Shown: positions 1 to 8,416 of the stretch, one piece after another | Layout: each line of letters starts with the position of its first letter | Position numbering within the stretch: the stretch's first letter is position 1 | NCBI GenBank assembly: GCA_017525225.1 | Contig: JAFXTB010000048.1 | Span: forward strand, 8,799 to 72,798 | DNA length: 64,000 nt | DNA from: Kiritimatiellia bacterium | Lineage (GTDB): Bacteria; Verrucomicrobiota; Kiritimatiellia; RFP12; UBA1067 | Reading direction: 5' to 3' | Notes under the pieces: model-generated | Database searches by the model: none | The model's input: only the letters and a program-made list of their open reading frames with translations | What the model was told of the DNA's origin: nothing | Made by a program: the position numbers and the translations under genes

Positions 1-2
1 AG

Positions 3-1379
3 GGATGCACGGGGCTTCTGCTTGATTTCATAAACGACATCGCGTCGTCGGTGAAAGACGACTATCCGTACGTGCGCGTCAGGACGTTCGCCTATCTGTG
101 GTCGTCCGCGCTGCCGACCGACGACACCAAGGCGGCCGACAACGTGGTGATACAGTTTTGCAACACTGAATCGAATCTCGCCGGCTCGATCCTGGACGCA
201 GACAATCCGTGGCTTCTGTCTACGCTCAAAAAGTGGTCGCAGCGGGCGAAGGAGCTGCACGCGTGGGACTACATGGTCACGTATTCGAAGGGTTCGCTTG
301 GTTTCCCGGTGCCCGGCGAATTCGGGTTCGGGGCGCTGTTCAAGGCATATCGCGACTACCATGCCACGTCGATGTTCCTCGAACACGAGAACCAGCACCG
401 TTCCGACATGTGGGAGCTGAAGTACAGGCTTGAAACGAAGCTGATGCAGAATCCGGATGCGGACGCCGATGCGATCATAGACGATTTCATGCGCCTCTAC
501 TATGGTCCCGCCGCGGCGAAGGTATATGCGTACCGCCGCGCACTCTGGAATGCGCGCATCAAGAACAAGGGATTCGTCCGCTGGATACCGCCAGGCAACG
601 ATTTCGACTACATCAAGGAGGAGAATCTTGCCGAATGCAACCGGATCATGGACGAGGCGGAGGCGAGCGTGGCGGACAACGCGACGTTCCTCGCCCGCGT
701 AAGGCGCGCGCGCATCGGGCTTGACATGCTGACGATCCAGCGCGCGCGGATCGCAGGCCGCGTCGACACGGATGCCGTGAAGTCGGCGGAGAACCGCATC
801 AAGACGGACTGGTTCAAGTGGATGTCCCGCTATCCCGATCCCAAGGGCAGCTGGAAGCGCTTCGAGATGATGTCCGCCGTAGGATTGCCTCCGCCGCCTC
901 GCTTCGCAGGACGGAAGATCGTGGATTTCCCGGCGATTTTCATCAAGGATCCAGAGGTGATCGCCGGCGGCGATTCGGTGGACGATCCCACGACTCCGGT
1001 GGGACTGGCGCGGCGGCTGAACTATGACTACAAGAAGGACGAGCATCTGCTGATGCCGTTCAGTGCAGGCATGTACGACAGGATGGCAAAGCGCGTGGTG
1101 CGCGGGGCATCCTTCGACAAGCCTGCGGGAGAGGGGTGGCATTGGTATCACATCGGCAAGGGACACGTTTCGGCCAAGACGATGTTCTGGATGACGCGTT
1201 CATGGCAGATATTCGTGCCGGGCGAGCGTTTTGTGGAGATCTGGGACAAGGACTGGGACATGTGGGTGTCCGCGAAATTCACGGGGCCTGCCTACGGTTT
1301 CCCGTCGAAGGACGGAAAGTCGTACGTGTGGATCGACAGGATGATCCTGGTGGAGCCAGAAGAAGAAAAGGTCAAGTGA
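3..1379 (+). CDS. C-terminal part of a secreted glycoside-hydrolase-like protein (DUF4838-like); the gene continues upstream of the window
   Basis: Frame 3 is open from position 3, with no stop before the 51 GTG of the track ORF. GC-rich third codon positions. An ENQH-containing region resembles DUF4838/GH20-like proteins. Convergent 8-nt overlap with the HAD gene. Confidence 0.55.
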   Translation, partial: GCTGLLLDFINDIASSVKDDYPYVRVRTFAYLWSSALPTDDTKAADNVVIQFCNTESNLAGSILDADNPWLLSTLKKWSQRAKELHAWDYMVTYSKGSLGFPVPGEFGFGALFKAYRDYHATSMFLEHENQHRSDMWELKYRLETKLMQNPDADADAIIDDFMRLYYGPAAAKVYAYRRALWNARIKNKGFVRWIPPGNDFDYIKEENLAECNRIMDEAEASVADNATFLARVRRARIGLDMLTIQRARIAGRVDTDAVKSAENRIKTDWFKWMSRYPDPKGSWKRFEMMSAVGLPPPPRFAGRKIVDFPAIFIKDPEVIAGGDSVDDPTTPVGLARRLNYDYKKDEHLLMPFSAGMYDRMAKRVVRGASFDKPAGEGWHWYHIGKGHVSAKTMFWMTRSWQIFVPGERFVEIWDKDWDMWVSAKFTGPAYGFPSKDGKSYVWIDRMILVEPEEEKVK

Positions 1380-1998
1380 GGCAGGGCGGCGCGTCGCTCT
1401 TGAATTGATATGCGCGCCAGCCGCAGCGGAGCGCGCCTTCGACGTTCGCCGGAGAATCGTCGAAGAACACCAGTTCTGGTCCTGCAAGCCCGAGCCGCTC
1501 CTCCATGAGCCTGTATATGGCGGGGTCCGGCTTGCAGACGCGGTGTTCGCCGGAGATGACCATGGCATCCGCGAGCGCGATGCTTTCACCCGCCTTCGGG
1601 ATGAACCAGCCGTCGCGGAATTCCACCGACATGTTGGTCAGTATGCCCACCTTGCGGCCCTGGGACTTGAAAGTGCGCATGAGCGCGAGCGTGTCCGCGT
1701 TGAAGCTCCTCACCCATCCCTCGCAGTCGGCGGCGAGCAGAAGGCGCAGGTCGTCGTCCGTGGCGGGGAGGGCGTTGTCGGCGAAGATGCGCCGGTACAT
1801 CTCCAGCCCGTCGATGAAGCCGCCGTCCCATAGCTGGCGGTACTTGCGGAATCCGGCGTCGAACGCGGCCCTGTCCAGTCCGAGCTCTGCCGCGACGCGA
1901 TAGGCGGCCCAGCCATCGCCTGGCGGAAGCGATATCACGCCTCCGAAGTCGAACACGACGCCTTTTGCGTCCTTTGCGATGTCGAGCCAGTTCTGCAT
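1372..1998 (-). CDS. HAD-superfamily hydrolase (subfamily IA-like)
   Basis: Only the C-terminal 208 aa of track ORF 1372..2703 look genuine: MQNWLDIAKDAKGVVFDFGGVI (HAD motif I DxDGV-like), later VFFDDSPANVEGA (motif IV). The upstream part of the ORF is Arg-rich junk. Alternative start 2007 (MCGM). Confidence 0.7.
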   Translation of the reverse strand: MQNWLDIAKDAKGVVFDFGGVISLPPGDGWAAYRVAAELGLDRAAFDAGFRKYRQLWDGGFIDGLEMYRRIFADNALPATDDDLRLLLAADCEGWVRSFNADTLALMRTFKSQGRKVGILTNMSVEFRDGWFIPKAGESIALADAMVISGEHRVCKPDPAIYRLMEERLGLAGPELVFFDDSPANVEGALRCGWRAYQFKSDAPPCLT

Positions 1999-2054
1999 GC
2001 CGCACATTCTACCACTTTCACCCGTCGCCATCCAGCGTTTTCGTCGCGTCATCA

Positions 2055-2083
2055 TTGACTTCAAGCGCGGTCTTTGGGATAAT
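2055..2083 (+). promoter_or_regulatory. sigma70-like promoter TTGACT-17-GATAAT ending 8 nt before ATG 2092 (leaderless-type)
   Basis: TTGACT 2055-2060, 17-nt spacer, GATAAT 2078-2083, ATG at 2092, no SD. Confidence 0.45.
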
Positions 2084-2091
2084 ACGGGGCG

Positions 2092-4668
2092 ATGAAAAAC
2101 AAGCACTCCATTCTCAAGGGTATTTCGTTCGGCCTTGCGGCGGCGGCGTTGTGCGCAGCGGCCGCAGATCTCGGCGCAGGCAGGCCGTTGCCGCCGGACA
2201 GGCGTCCGTACGAGTTCAGGAACGCCGGGCGCGACAAAGACGACGTGGCGCCGCTTGTCGATTTCGAGGACGGGCGGGCGTGGCGGGCAACCGCCGCCGA
2301 AGCGGAGGCCTTCTGCGAGATCACGCAGGAGGAGCAGCTTTTCGGGACGAACACCTTGAGGCTTTCGTATTGCGGGAAGGGGGTGTCGCCCCGGGTGTCG
2401 ATCATTCCGCCAAAGCCTGTCGCGCTGCCGGAGACGTTTGACACCATGTACGTATGGGTCATGGGCAACCATTTCGGAACTGGCGGCAATACGGACTTCA
2501 GCATACCCAATTCGGAACTGTTCGCTGTATTTCGCGGCGCGCAGGGCGAAGAGGTGAAGATGTCGCTTGCCAAGGTCGCCTGGCCGGACTGGCACCAGGT
2601 GAACCGACGCTTCACGGAGGCGGAGCGCGCGAAACTGGCAGGCGCGTCGTTTGCAGGGTTCGAGCTTTCCGGCGGCACGCAGACGCAAAGTCTGCAGATG
2701 CATTTCGACAACGTGGCCGTGTTCGTGGACGATCTCAAGACGCCGCTTGCCGTGAAACCGCGCGCGCGCCGCAATCTGAAGCCGCTTCCGGGCGCCGTAC
2801 AGGGCATCAACACGGGCGAGGGGCGGCTGCCTTTCCCGACAGGCGAGGACACGATAATCCCCAGAACCTCCGCGCCGGAGAAAGGCGACATGCTCGCGCA
2901 GTTCAACGGCGGCGCGGTGAAGAAGGACGAGTCTGCCAGCCTCAGGATGGACACCTGGCGGAAGGGGAAGTCGCTCGTGGTGGACTTCTACGCGGCTGCT
3001 GGAACCGTGACCGAAGTATCGGCGGGAACGGCCTGCGAGGCGAAGATCCTAAAGAGCTTCAAGGTTCCGTATCTTGCGTATGGCGACAGGGAAGGGCGGC
3101 TCAGGATCGATCTACTGGAAGGCGGCTGGTACCGCAGCGCGGTGTTCGACTGGTACCGGTCGAACGCCAGCACGCCGAGTTCTACCAACGGCGCGTTCAC
3201 GATGGTCTATCGTCCCAAAACCGATGGCACGTACAACCCGGTGAGCGAACGGCTCGTGATAACCGTGAGCCGCGACTTCGCGGAAGTCCTGCCGGAGATA
3301 CCCAATCCCGCCTCTCCGTACAAGGCTGTCACGGGGAAGAACGCATGGCGCGCCTACGGCAGCTTTGAACATGCGTACGACCGCGCATTCTGGCAGAAGG
3401 TGAAGGAGGCGGGCATCGAGCATGTGGTCGTCAACGACCATGAAACGATGTGGCGTGACAGGGGCGAGAGCTTCACGTTCCGGACGGAAGCCGCGCCTGG
3501 CCGTGGCGGCGACGCCGGGGCCGCGGAGTACTCGCGGTTCATGCGCGGTGAGCTGGGCTATGTGTACGGCCCGTACAACAACTACACGGACTTCTCGCCC
3601 ATGAACGCGCACTGGTCGCGCGATCGCGTGTCGCGCCTGGGCGACGGCAGGATGCTGTCCGCGTGGGTGCGCTGCTACGCGCCGAAACCAGTCTTCGCGC
3701 CGCAGATGTGCGAGGAGATCGTGCCGAAGGCGCAGGCGAAGTTTGCGTTCAACACGGCCTACTGCGACGTGCACACCGCGGTGACCCCATACAGCCGCAC
3801 GGACTACGATGCGCGCGTGCCGGGCGCGGCCACGTTCGCGCAGACGTTCTATGCCTGGGGCGAGCTGCTGCTCCTGCAGAAGAGGTTCTGGAACGGTCCT
3901 GTCTACTCCGAAGGCGGGCGGCAGTTCCTCTATTCCGGGCTTTCCGACGGCAACTATGCGCAGGACGGCGGCTACAACTTCCACGCGCAGCCGTGGATCG
4001 TGGATTTTGACATCCTGAAGATCCATCCGCTGGAATGCAACTTCGGCATGGGCACGCTCGCGATGTTCTCGCCCGGCAAGACGAAGGAGGAAATCCGCCG
4101 CCACAGGCCGCACACGCCTACGGAGAAGGCGCGCGACGAGCTTGTAGATCTGTTCCTCACGGCGACCGTCGCGTTCGGCCATGCGCCGTTCCTCGTGCTG
4201 GACTACTGCTTCGATCCGCCCAAGGCATTCGGTCCGGCATACCATGGGCCTACCAGGACCGTCATGGACAGAGGGCTGCCGGTGGCACTCAGGAGCTATG
4301 CGATGGTGCAGCCGATCGCCGCAATGTATACGCAGTCCGAGGCCAGGAGAATCCGCTACTTCGACGCTTCCGGCAGGATGCTCACGTCGTCGGAGGCGAT
4401 AGCCTCGGGCGATGTCGCGCGCAACCAGGTGTTCGTGGAGTATGCGGATGGCACCTGCGTGGTCGCCAACGGCAATGTGCGCGAGAGGCTGAAGGCCATG
4501 GTCGACGGGTGCGGTTGCGACGTGCCGCCGCGCGCGTTCAAGGCATGGACGAGAGACGGCAGCGTGCGGGCGGAGATTTCAGAGGATGCCGACGGCCGGC
4601 GCACGTATTTCAGCGACTGTCCGGAATTCACCTACAAGGACGGCAGGCTTGTGAAGAAGGCTCCATAG
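2092..4668 (+). CDS. large secreted hypothetical protein (858 aa), possibly carbohydrate-active
   Basis: N-terminal signal peptide MKNKHSILKGISFGLAAAALCAAAA. Long ORF with GC3-rich codon usage. No family motif recognised by eye. Confidence 0.7.
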   Translation: MKNKHSILKGISFGLAAAALCAAAADLGAGRPLPPDRRPYEFRNAGRDKDDVAPLVDFEDGRAWRATAAEAEAFCEITQEEQLFGTNTLRLSYCGKGVSPRVSIIPPKPVALPETFDTMYVWVMGNHFGTGGNTDFSIPNSELFAVFRGAQGEEVKMSLAKVAWPDWHQVNRRFTEAERAKLAGASFAGFELSGGTQTQSLQMHFDNVAVFVDDLKTPLAVKPRARRNLKPLPGAVQGINTGEGRLPFPTGEDTIIPRTSAPEKGDMLAQFNGGAVKKDESASLRMDTWRKGKSLVVDFYAAAGTVTEVSAGTACEAKILKSFKVPYLAYGDREGRLRIDLLEGGWYRSAVFDWYRSNASTPSSTNGAFTMVYRPKTDGTYNPVSERLVITVSRDFAEVLPEIPNPASPYKAVTGKNAWRAYGSFEHAYDRAFWQKVKEAGIEHVVVNDHETMWRDRGESFTFRTEAAPGRGGDAGAAEYSRFMRGELGYVYGPYNNYTDFSPMNAHWSRDRVSRLGDGRMLSAWVRCYAPKPVFAPQMCEEIVPKAQAKFAFNTAYCDVHTAVTPYSRTDYDARVPGAATFAQTFYAWGELLLLQKRFWNGPVYSEGGRQFLYSGLSDGNYAQDGGYNFHAQPWIVDFDILKIHPLECNFGMGTLAMFSPGKTKEEIRRHRPHTPTEKARDELVDLFLTATVAFGHAPFLVLDYCFDPPKAFGPAYHGPTRTVMDRGLPVALRSYAMVQPIAAMYTQSEARRIRYFDASGRMLTSSEAIASGDVARNQVFVEYADGTCVVANGNVRERLKAMVDGCGCDVPPRAFKAWTRDGSVRAEISEDADGRRTYFSDCPEFTYKDGRLVKKAP

Positions 4669-4680
4669 CGTCGACAACTG

Positions 4681-4709
4681 TTGCGCTAACGGTGCAAGTA
4701 TGGTAAAAT
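4681..4709 (+). promoter_or_regulatory. sigma70-like promoter TTGCGC-17-TGgTAAAAT (extended -10)
   Basis: TTGCGC 4681-4686, 17-nt spacer, TG-extended TAAAAT 4704-4709 in an AT-rich island upstream of gene 4776. Confidence 0.45.
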
Positions 4710-4715
4710 CTCCGC

Positions 4716-4734
4716 CATGGCGCACTGCGCCATG
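4716..4734 (+). promoter_or_regulatory. perfect 9-bp inverted repeat CATGGCGCA-c-TGCGCCATG at the predicted transcription start (candidate operator or 5' stem-loop)
   Basis: Arms 4716-4724 and 4726-4734 are exact reverse complements. Lies 7 nt downstream of the -10 hexamer, i.e. +1..+19. Confidence 0.5.
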
Positions 4735-4775
4735 CAGACGGTTTTCAAGGAAACAAAAAAGGAAGGAAAGAGAAA

Positions 4776-5846
4776 ATGGCGAAGGTTAGGTATGCCATCA
4801 TCGGGTTCGGCGGCATCGCCGAGAACCGTGTGGCGAAGGAAGGGTATGCCTGCGACAGAAAGCGGTTCAAACCCTTGAAGAAAGCGGTCCTCACGGGTGC
4901 GACGGACGTCAATCCAGCCCGGCAGGCGGCGGCCGAGGCGCTCGGGCTCAAGTGGTACAAGGACGCGGCGGAGGTGTTCGCCGATCCTTCCGTGGACGCC
5001 GTGTACATCGCCACGAACAACGCCTCACACGCCAAGATCGCCATCGCGGCCCTCAAGGCCGGCAAGCACGTCATAAGCGAAAAGCCCATGGCGACGTCCG
5101 TCGCGGACGCGAAGACGATGGACAGGATCGCCCGCGCCAAGGGGCTCTCGCTCACCGTGGACCACATGATGGTCCACAACGCCTGGAACGTGGCGGCGGC
5201 CAAGGCCGTGCAGGGCGGCAAGCTCGGCAAGGTCAACGACGGGTGCTTCCACATGGAGTTCGCCTACGGCTACGATCCTGCCGAGGCGGCCACCTGGCGC
5301 TGCTCGAAGGTGGAGGAGATGGGCGGACCCATCGGCGACGTGGCGAGCCATTGCTTCTACGTGGCGGAATACGTCTTCGGCAAGCGCATCGCAAAGGTGG
5401 CGGCCGTGTACTACCCCAAGATCATGAAGATCAAGGCGGAGGATGGCGCGTACATAAAGTACTTCTTCGAGGATGGCACGCAGGGCAGCGTCAACGCGGC
5501 GTTCAGCGAGCTGCGCGGCGGCCTCGCCGGCACGCTCACGAACCTCGGCTTCGAGGTCTACGGCGACAAGGCGGCGCTGCGTTCCTACGGCACGATGTTC
5601 CAGCTCTCCGGATATGACGACGAGCCCATCCGCCAGAGGCTCGAGCTCGACGACGGCCGCACCGTAGCGGCCATCAAGCCGGCGAAGATCCAGAACGTAT
5701 ACCAGACGCTCATCGAGGGCCACGCGGCCTCGATACTGGCGAAGAAGCCGCTTACGGGCGCGGATGCGATCCACAACCTCGCGCTGTGCGCGGCGGCGCA
5801 CGAGTCCGCGAAGAAGGGCGGCAGGACGATCACGGTCAGGCTGTAG
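4776..5846 (+). CDS. Gfo/Idh/MocA-family NAD(P)-dependent oxidoreductase
   Basis: N-terminal Rossmann MAKVRYAIIGFGGIAENR, then EKP motif (VISEKPMATS), typical of the Gfo/Idh/MocA family. SD-like AAGGAAGGAAAGAG upstream. Confidence 0.85.
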   Translation: MAKVRYAIIGFGGIAENRVAKEGYACDRKRFKPLKKAVLTGATDVNPARQAAAEALGLKWYKDAAEVFADPSVDAVYIATNNASHAKIAIAALKAGKHVISEKPMATSVADAKTMDRIARAKGLSLTVDHMMVHNAWNVAAAKAVQGGKLGKVNDGCFHMEFAYGYDPAEAATWRCSKVEEMGGPIGDVASHCFYVAEYVFGKRIAKVAAVYYPKIMKIKAEDGAYIKYFFEDGTQGSVNAAFSELRGGLAGTLTNLGFEVYGDKAALRSYGTMFQLSGYDDEPIRQRLELDDGRTVAAIKPAKIQNVYQTLIEGHAASILAKKPLTGADAIHNLALCAAAHESAKKGGRTITVRL

Positions 5847-5872
5847 AAGTTGAAATGGAAGAGGAAGAAACA

Positions 5873-7378
5873 ATGAAGAAGCTTGCAATGGCATCGGCGG
5901 CCGCGCTGTGCGCGGCGACCGTGGCGGGGGATTTCAAGGCGGGGTTCTCCCGCGTGGACATCACGCCTCCGCTCGGTTCGTTCATGCCCGGGTACTACAA
6001 GGACCGCAGGGCGAAGGAGGTGCTCGACCCCCTGACGATCAACTGCGTGGCGTTCTCGGACGGCGCCAAGACGGCGCTCGTGATGCAGTTCGACACCGAG
6101 GCGCTGTCGGACTCCGTGGCAGACAAGATGCGCGACGCCGTGGCGAAGGCGACGGGTGTCGATCGGGACGCCATGCTTCTGCACGCATCGCACACGCATG
6201 ACGGCGCGTACCTCGCTATGAAGACGGACAATGGCTCCGCCTCCTCTGCGAAGGTCGGCGACGACGGAGTGCCGAGCAACGCCACGAAGCTGGACATGAT
6301 CTATGTGGACATGTGCGTGACGCGCGCGGCGGACGCCGCCGTGGAGGCCATCCGCGACCTCAAGCCCGCGAAACTCTCCTACCAGCGCTCGGAGGCGAAG
6401 CGGATATCGTTCGGCCGCAGGTATCTGATGAAGGATGGCAAGGTGCGCACTAACCCCGGCACCAACAACCCCGACATCGTCAAGCCGGCCGGCATTCCGC
6501 CGGACGAGGAGGTGCAGCTGCTGCGCATCGACCGCGATGGCGGCAAGCCGATCTGCATGATCAACTTCCAGACGCACCCGGACGTTGTGGGTGGCGAGAC
6601 GATCACGGCGGACTGGCCCGGCCTGACGCGCACGGTCTTCGAGGCGGCCACGCTCGGCAAGACGCACTGCATCGTCATAAACGGCACGCAGGGCGACGTG
6701 AACCACTGCAACGTGATGCCCAAGCCGGGCGAGCTCAACGGCCTGAAGCGCGACTTCGACGCCGTGGACCGCGGCTACGATCATGCGTGGCACATGGCGA
6801 ACGTGCTTGCCGCCGCGGCGCTCTCCAAGTGGATGAAGTGCATCCCGCTCGAGGCGGGCCCCATCAGGTTCGCCACGAGGAACGTGCGCGTGCCCGCCCA
6901 CAAGGCCAAGGACTCGGACGAGAAGAACCTCGCCTGGGCGAACGACGTCTGGAAGCTTCACGCGAAGGCGGAGAAGGACGGCGTCGCTGGCACTCCCAAG
7001 GACTACGTGACCATCAAGTACGGATGGGCGGACATGGAGCTGACGACCGAGGTCGCGCGCGCCGGGCGCATCCGCCGCATGGCGAAGCACTCCGACTACC
7101 ACGACCTGCCGATCTACGGGGTCGCCATCGGCAAGTCGCTCGCGTTCGGCGGATTCCAGGGAGAGCCGTTCAACGACATCGGCAAGGCCGTGAAGAAGGG
7201 GTCGCCCTTCACGCTCACGATCCTCTCGTGCCTGACCAACGGTAGCCGCGGCTATTTCCCGTTCTCCGATGCCTACGTGGGCGGCGGGTACGAGTCGGCC
7301 ACGTCGCCGTTCGGTCCAACCGTGGCCGACGACCTCATCGCGGGGCAGCTTAAATTGTTGGGTGAATTGGCAAAATAG
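5873..7378 (+). CDS. secreted neutral/alkaline (non-lysosomal) ceramidase-like N-terminal-domain protein
   Basis: Signal peptide MKKLAMASAAALCAATVAG. SRVDITPPLGSFMPGYY ... LLHASHTHDGAY resembles bacterial neutral ceramidase (GRSDITGP...MLAATHTHSGP). Start chosen at ATG 5873 (GAGGAAG SD) rather than track start 5786. Confidence 0.65.
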   Translation: MKKLAMASAAALCAATVAGDFKAGFSRVDITPPLGSFMPGYYKDRRAKEVLDPLTINCVAFSDGAKTALVMQFDTEALSDSVADKMRDAVAKATGVDRDAMLLHASHTHDGAYLAMKTDNGSASSAKVGDDGVPSNATKLDMIYVDMCVTRAADAAVEAIRDLKPAKLSYQRSEAKRISFGRRYLMKDGKVRTNPGTNNPDIVKPAGIPPDEEVQLLRIDRDGGKPICMINFQTHPDVVGGETITADWPGLTRTVFEAATLGKTHCIVINGTQGDVNHCNVMPKPGELNGLKRDFDAVDRGYDHAWHMANVLAAAALSKWMKCIPLEAGPIRFATRNVRVPAHKAKDSDEKNLAWANDVWKLHAKAEKDGVAGTPKDYVTIKYGWADMELTTEVARAGRIRRMAKHSDYHDLPIYGVAIGKSLAFGGFQGEPFNDIGKAVKKGSPFTLTILSCLTNGSRGYFPFSDAYVGGGYESATSPFGPTVADDLIAGQLKLLGELAK

Positions 7379-7402
7379 GTCTGAAAGGTTTGTTTCGGCT
7401 AG

Positions 7403-7436
7403 CCAACTAACCAACTACCAACAAACCAACTACCAA
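7403..7436 (+). repeat. CCAACTA direct repeats (x4, imperfect) in the leader of the aldolase gene
   Basis: ccaactaaccaactaccaacaaaccaactaccaa read directly. C/A-rich, no SD nearby except a weak AGGAA. Confidence 0.6.
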
Positions 7437-7458
7437 TGTCCCAACAGGAATCAATAAA

Positions 7459-8316
7459 ATGTTAGTAAATCTTGACGATGTCCTGAAGCGCGCGCAGCGC
7501 GAACACTACGGCGTGGGCCTCTTCAACACTACCGACACGGACATGCTCCAGGCGGCCATCGAGGCCGCCGAGGCGCTGAGGAGCCCGATAATACTCGGCA
7601 CCGCCGAGGTGCTGCTGCCCTACGGCGACCTGCCGCTCATCGCGCCGGCCCTGCTGGCGGCGGCAAGGCGTGCCTCCGTGCCGGTGGTCGTGCACTACGA
7701 CCACGGCCTCACGTTCGAGCGCACCATGCAGGCGCTGAAGCTCGGCTTCTCGTCCGTGATGTTCGACGCCTCCGCAAAGCCCTACGATGAAAACATCGCC
7801 GCCACGAAGGAGGTGGTGAAGATCGCCCACGCGATGGGCGCCACCGTCGAGGGCGAAATCGGCCACGTGGGCCTTGCGCAGCAGGGCGACAACGAGGACG
7901 AGGACCGCTACACCACGCCCGAGGAGGCCGTGGCGTTCCAGACGGCGACGGGCGTGGACGCGCTCGCCGTGGCGATCGGAACGGCGCACGGGGTCTACAA
8001 GTCCAAGCCGAAGCTCAACCTGGAGCGCCTGCGCGCCATCCGCGCCGCCACCGAGACGCCGCTTGTGCTGCACGGCGGCAGCGGGCTTTCGGACGACGAC
8101 TTCCGCAATACGATCCGCGATGGCGTCGCCAAGGTGAACATCCACACCGACATGACCATCGCCGGCGCCATCGCCATGCGCGACGGGCTTGCGAAGTTCG
8201 CGGACCGCGCGCCGCTCACGATGGACTATCTGGAGGTGCGCAACCTGCGCGTCGCCTACATCCGCAGGTGCATCGAGGAGAAGATCCGCCTCTTCGGCAG
8301 CGCCGGCCGCGCATAG
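7459..8316 (+). CDS. class II fructose/tagatose-bisphosphate aldolase family protein
   Basis: Motifs VVVHYDHG, EGEIGHVG, LVLHGGSG diagnostic of class II (zinc) ketose-bisphosphate aldolases, 285 aa. Confidence 0.85.
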   Translation: MLVNLDDVLKRAQREHYGVGLFNTTDTDMLQAAIEAAEALRSPIILGTAEVLLPYGDLPLIAPALLAAARRASVPVVVHYDHGLTFERTMQALKLGFSSVMFDASAKPYDENIAATKEVVKIAHAMGATVEGEIGHVGLAQQGDNEDEDRYTTPEEAVAFQTATGVDALAVAIGTAHGVYKSKPKLNLERLRAIRAATETPLVLHGGSGLSDDDFRNTIRDGVAKVNIHTDMTIAGAIAMRDGLAKFADRAPLTMDYLEVRNLRVAYIRRCIEEKIRLFGSAGRA

Positions 8317-8381
8317 CCGAGAAGGCCATGTGCCTAGACTTCCTGGAAGGAAGACCACAGCCCGTGGCGACACACAACCCC

Positions 8382-8410
8382 TTGCCTTTGGGCGAGGGGT
8401 TTGCTATAAT
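8382..8410 (+). promoter_or_regulatory. sigma70-like promoter TTGCCT-17-TATAAT, 6 nt before ATG 8417 (leaderless-type)
   Basis: TTGCCT 8382-8387, 17-nt spacer, TATAAT 8405-8410, ATG 8417, no SD. Confidence 0.5.
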
Positions 8411-8416
8411 CGCCGC

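Noticed and set aside
1999-2703. Upstream 235 codons of minus-strand track ORF 1372..2703
   Set aside because: Arg/Leu-rich low-complexity translation with no motifs. Only the C-terminal 208 aa (from MQNWL at 1998) form a coherent HAD hydrolase. The rest overlaps the promoter and the 5' end of the + strand gene 2092.
3112-4245. 377-aa minus-strand ORF inside gene 2092..4668
   Set aside because: Arg/Ala/Val-rich antisense shadow typical of high-GC DNA. The + strand product has a signal peptide and normal composition.
4717-4778. ATG inside the palindrome as an alternative N-terminal extension of the Gfo/Idh/MocA gene
   Set aside because: ATGs at 4717 and 4732 are out of frame with 4776, so there is no extension. 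The 4776 start has a good SD.
5585-7414. 609-aa minus-strand ORF
   Set aside because: Antisense to the ceramidase-like and Gfo/Idh/MocA genes, which have clear family motifs. Arg-rich composition.
7462-8373. 303-aa minus-strand ORF
   Set aside because: Antisense to the class II aldolase gene (HYDHG/HGGSG motifs on + strand).
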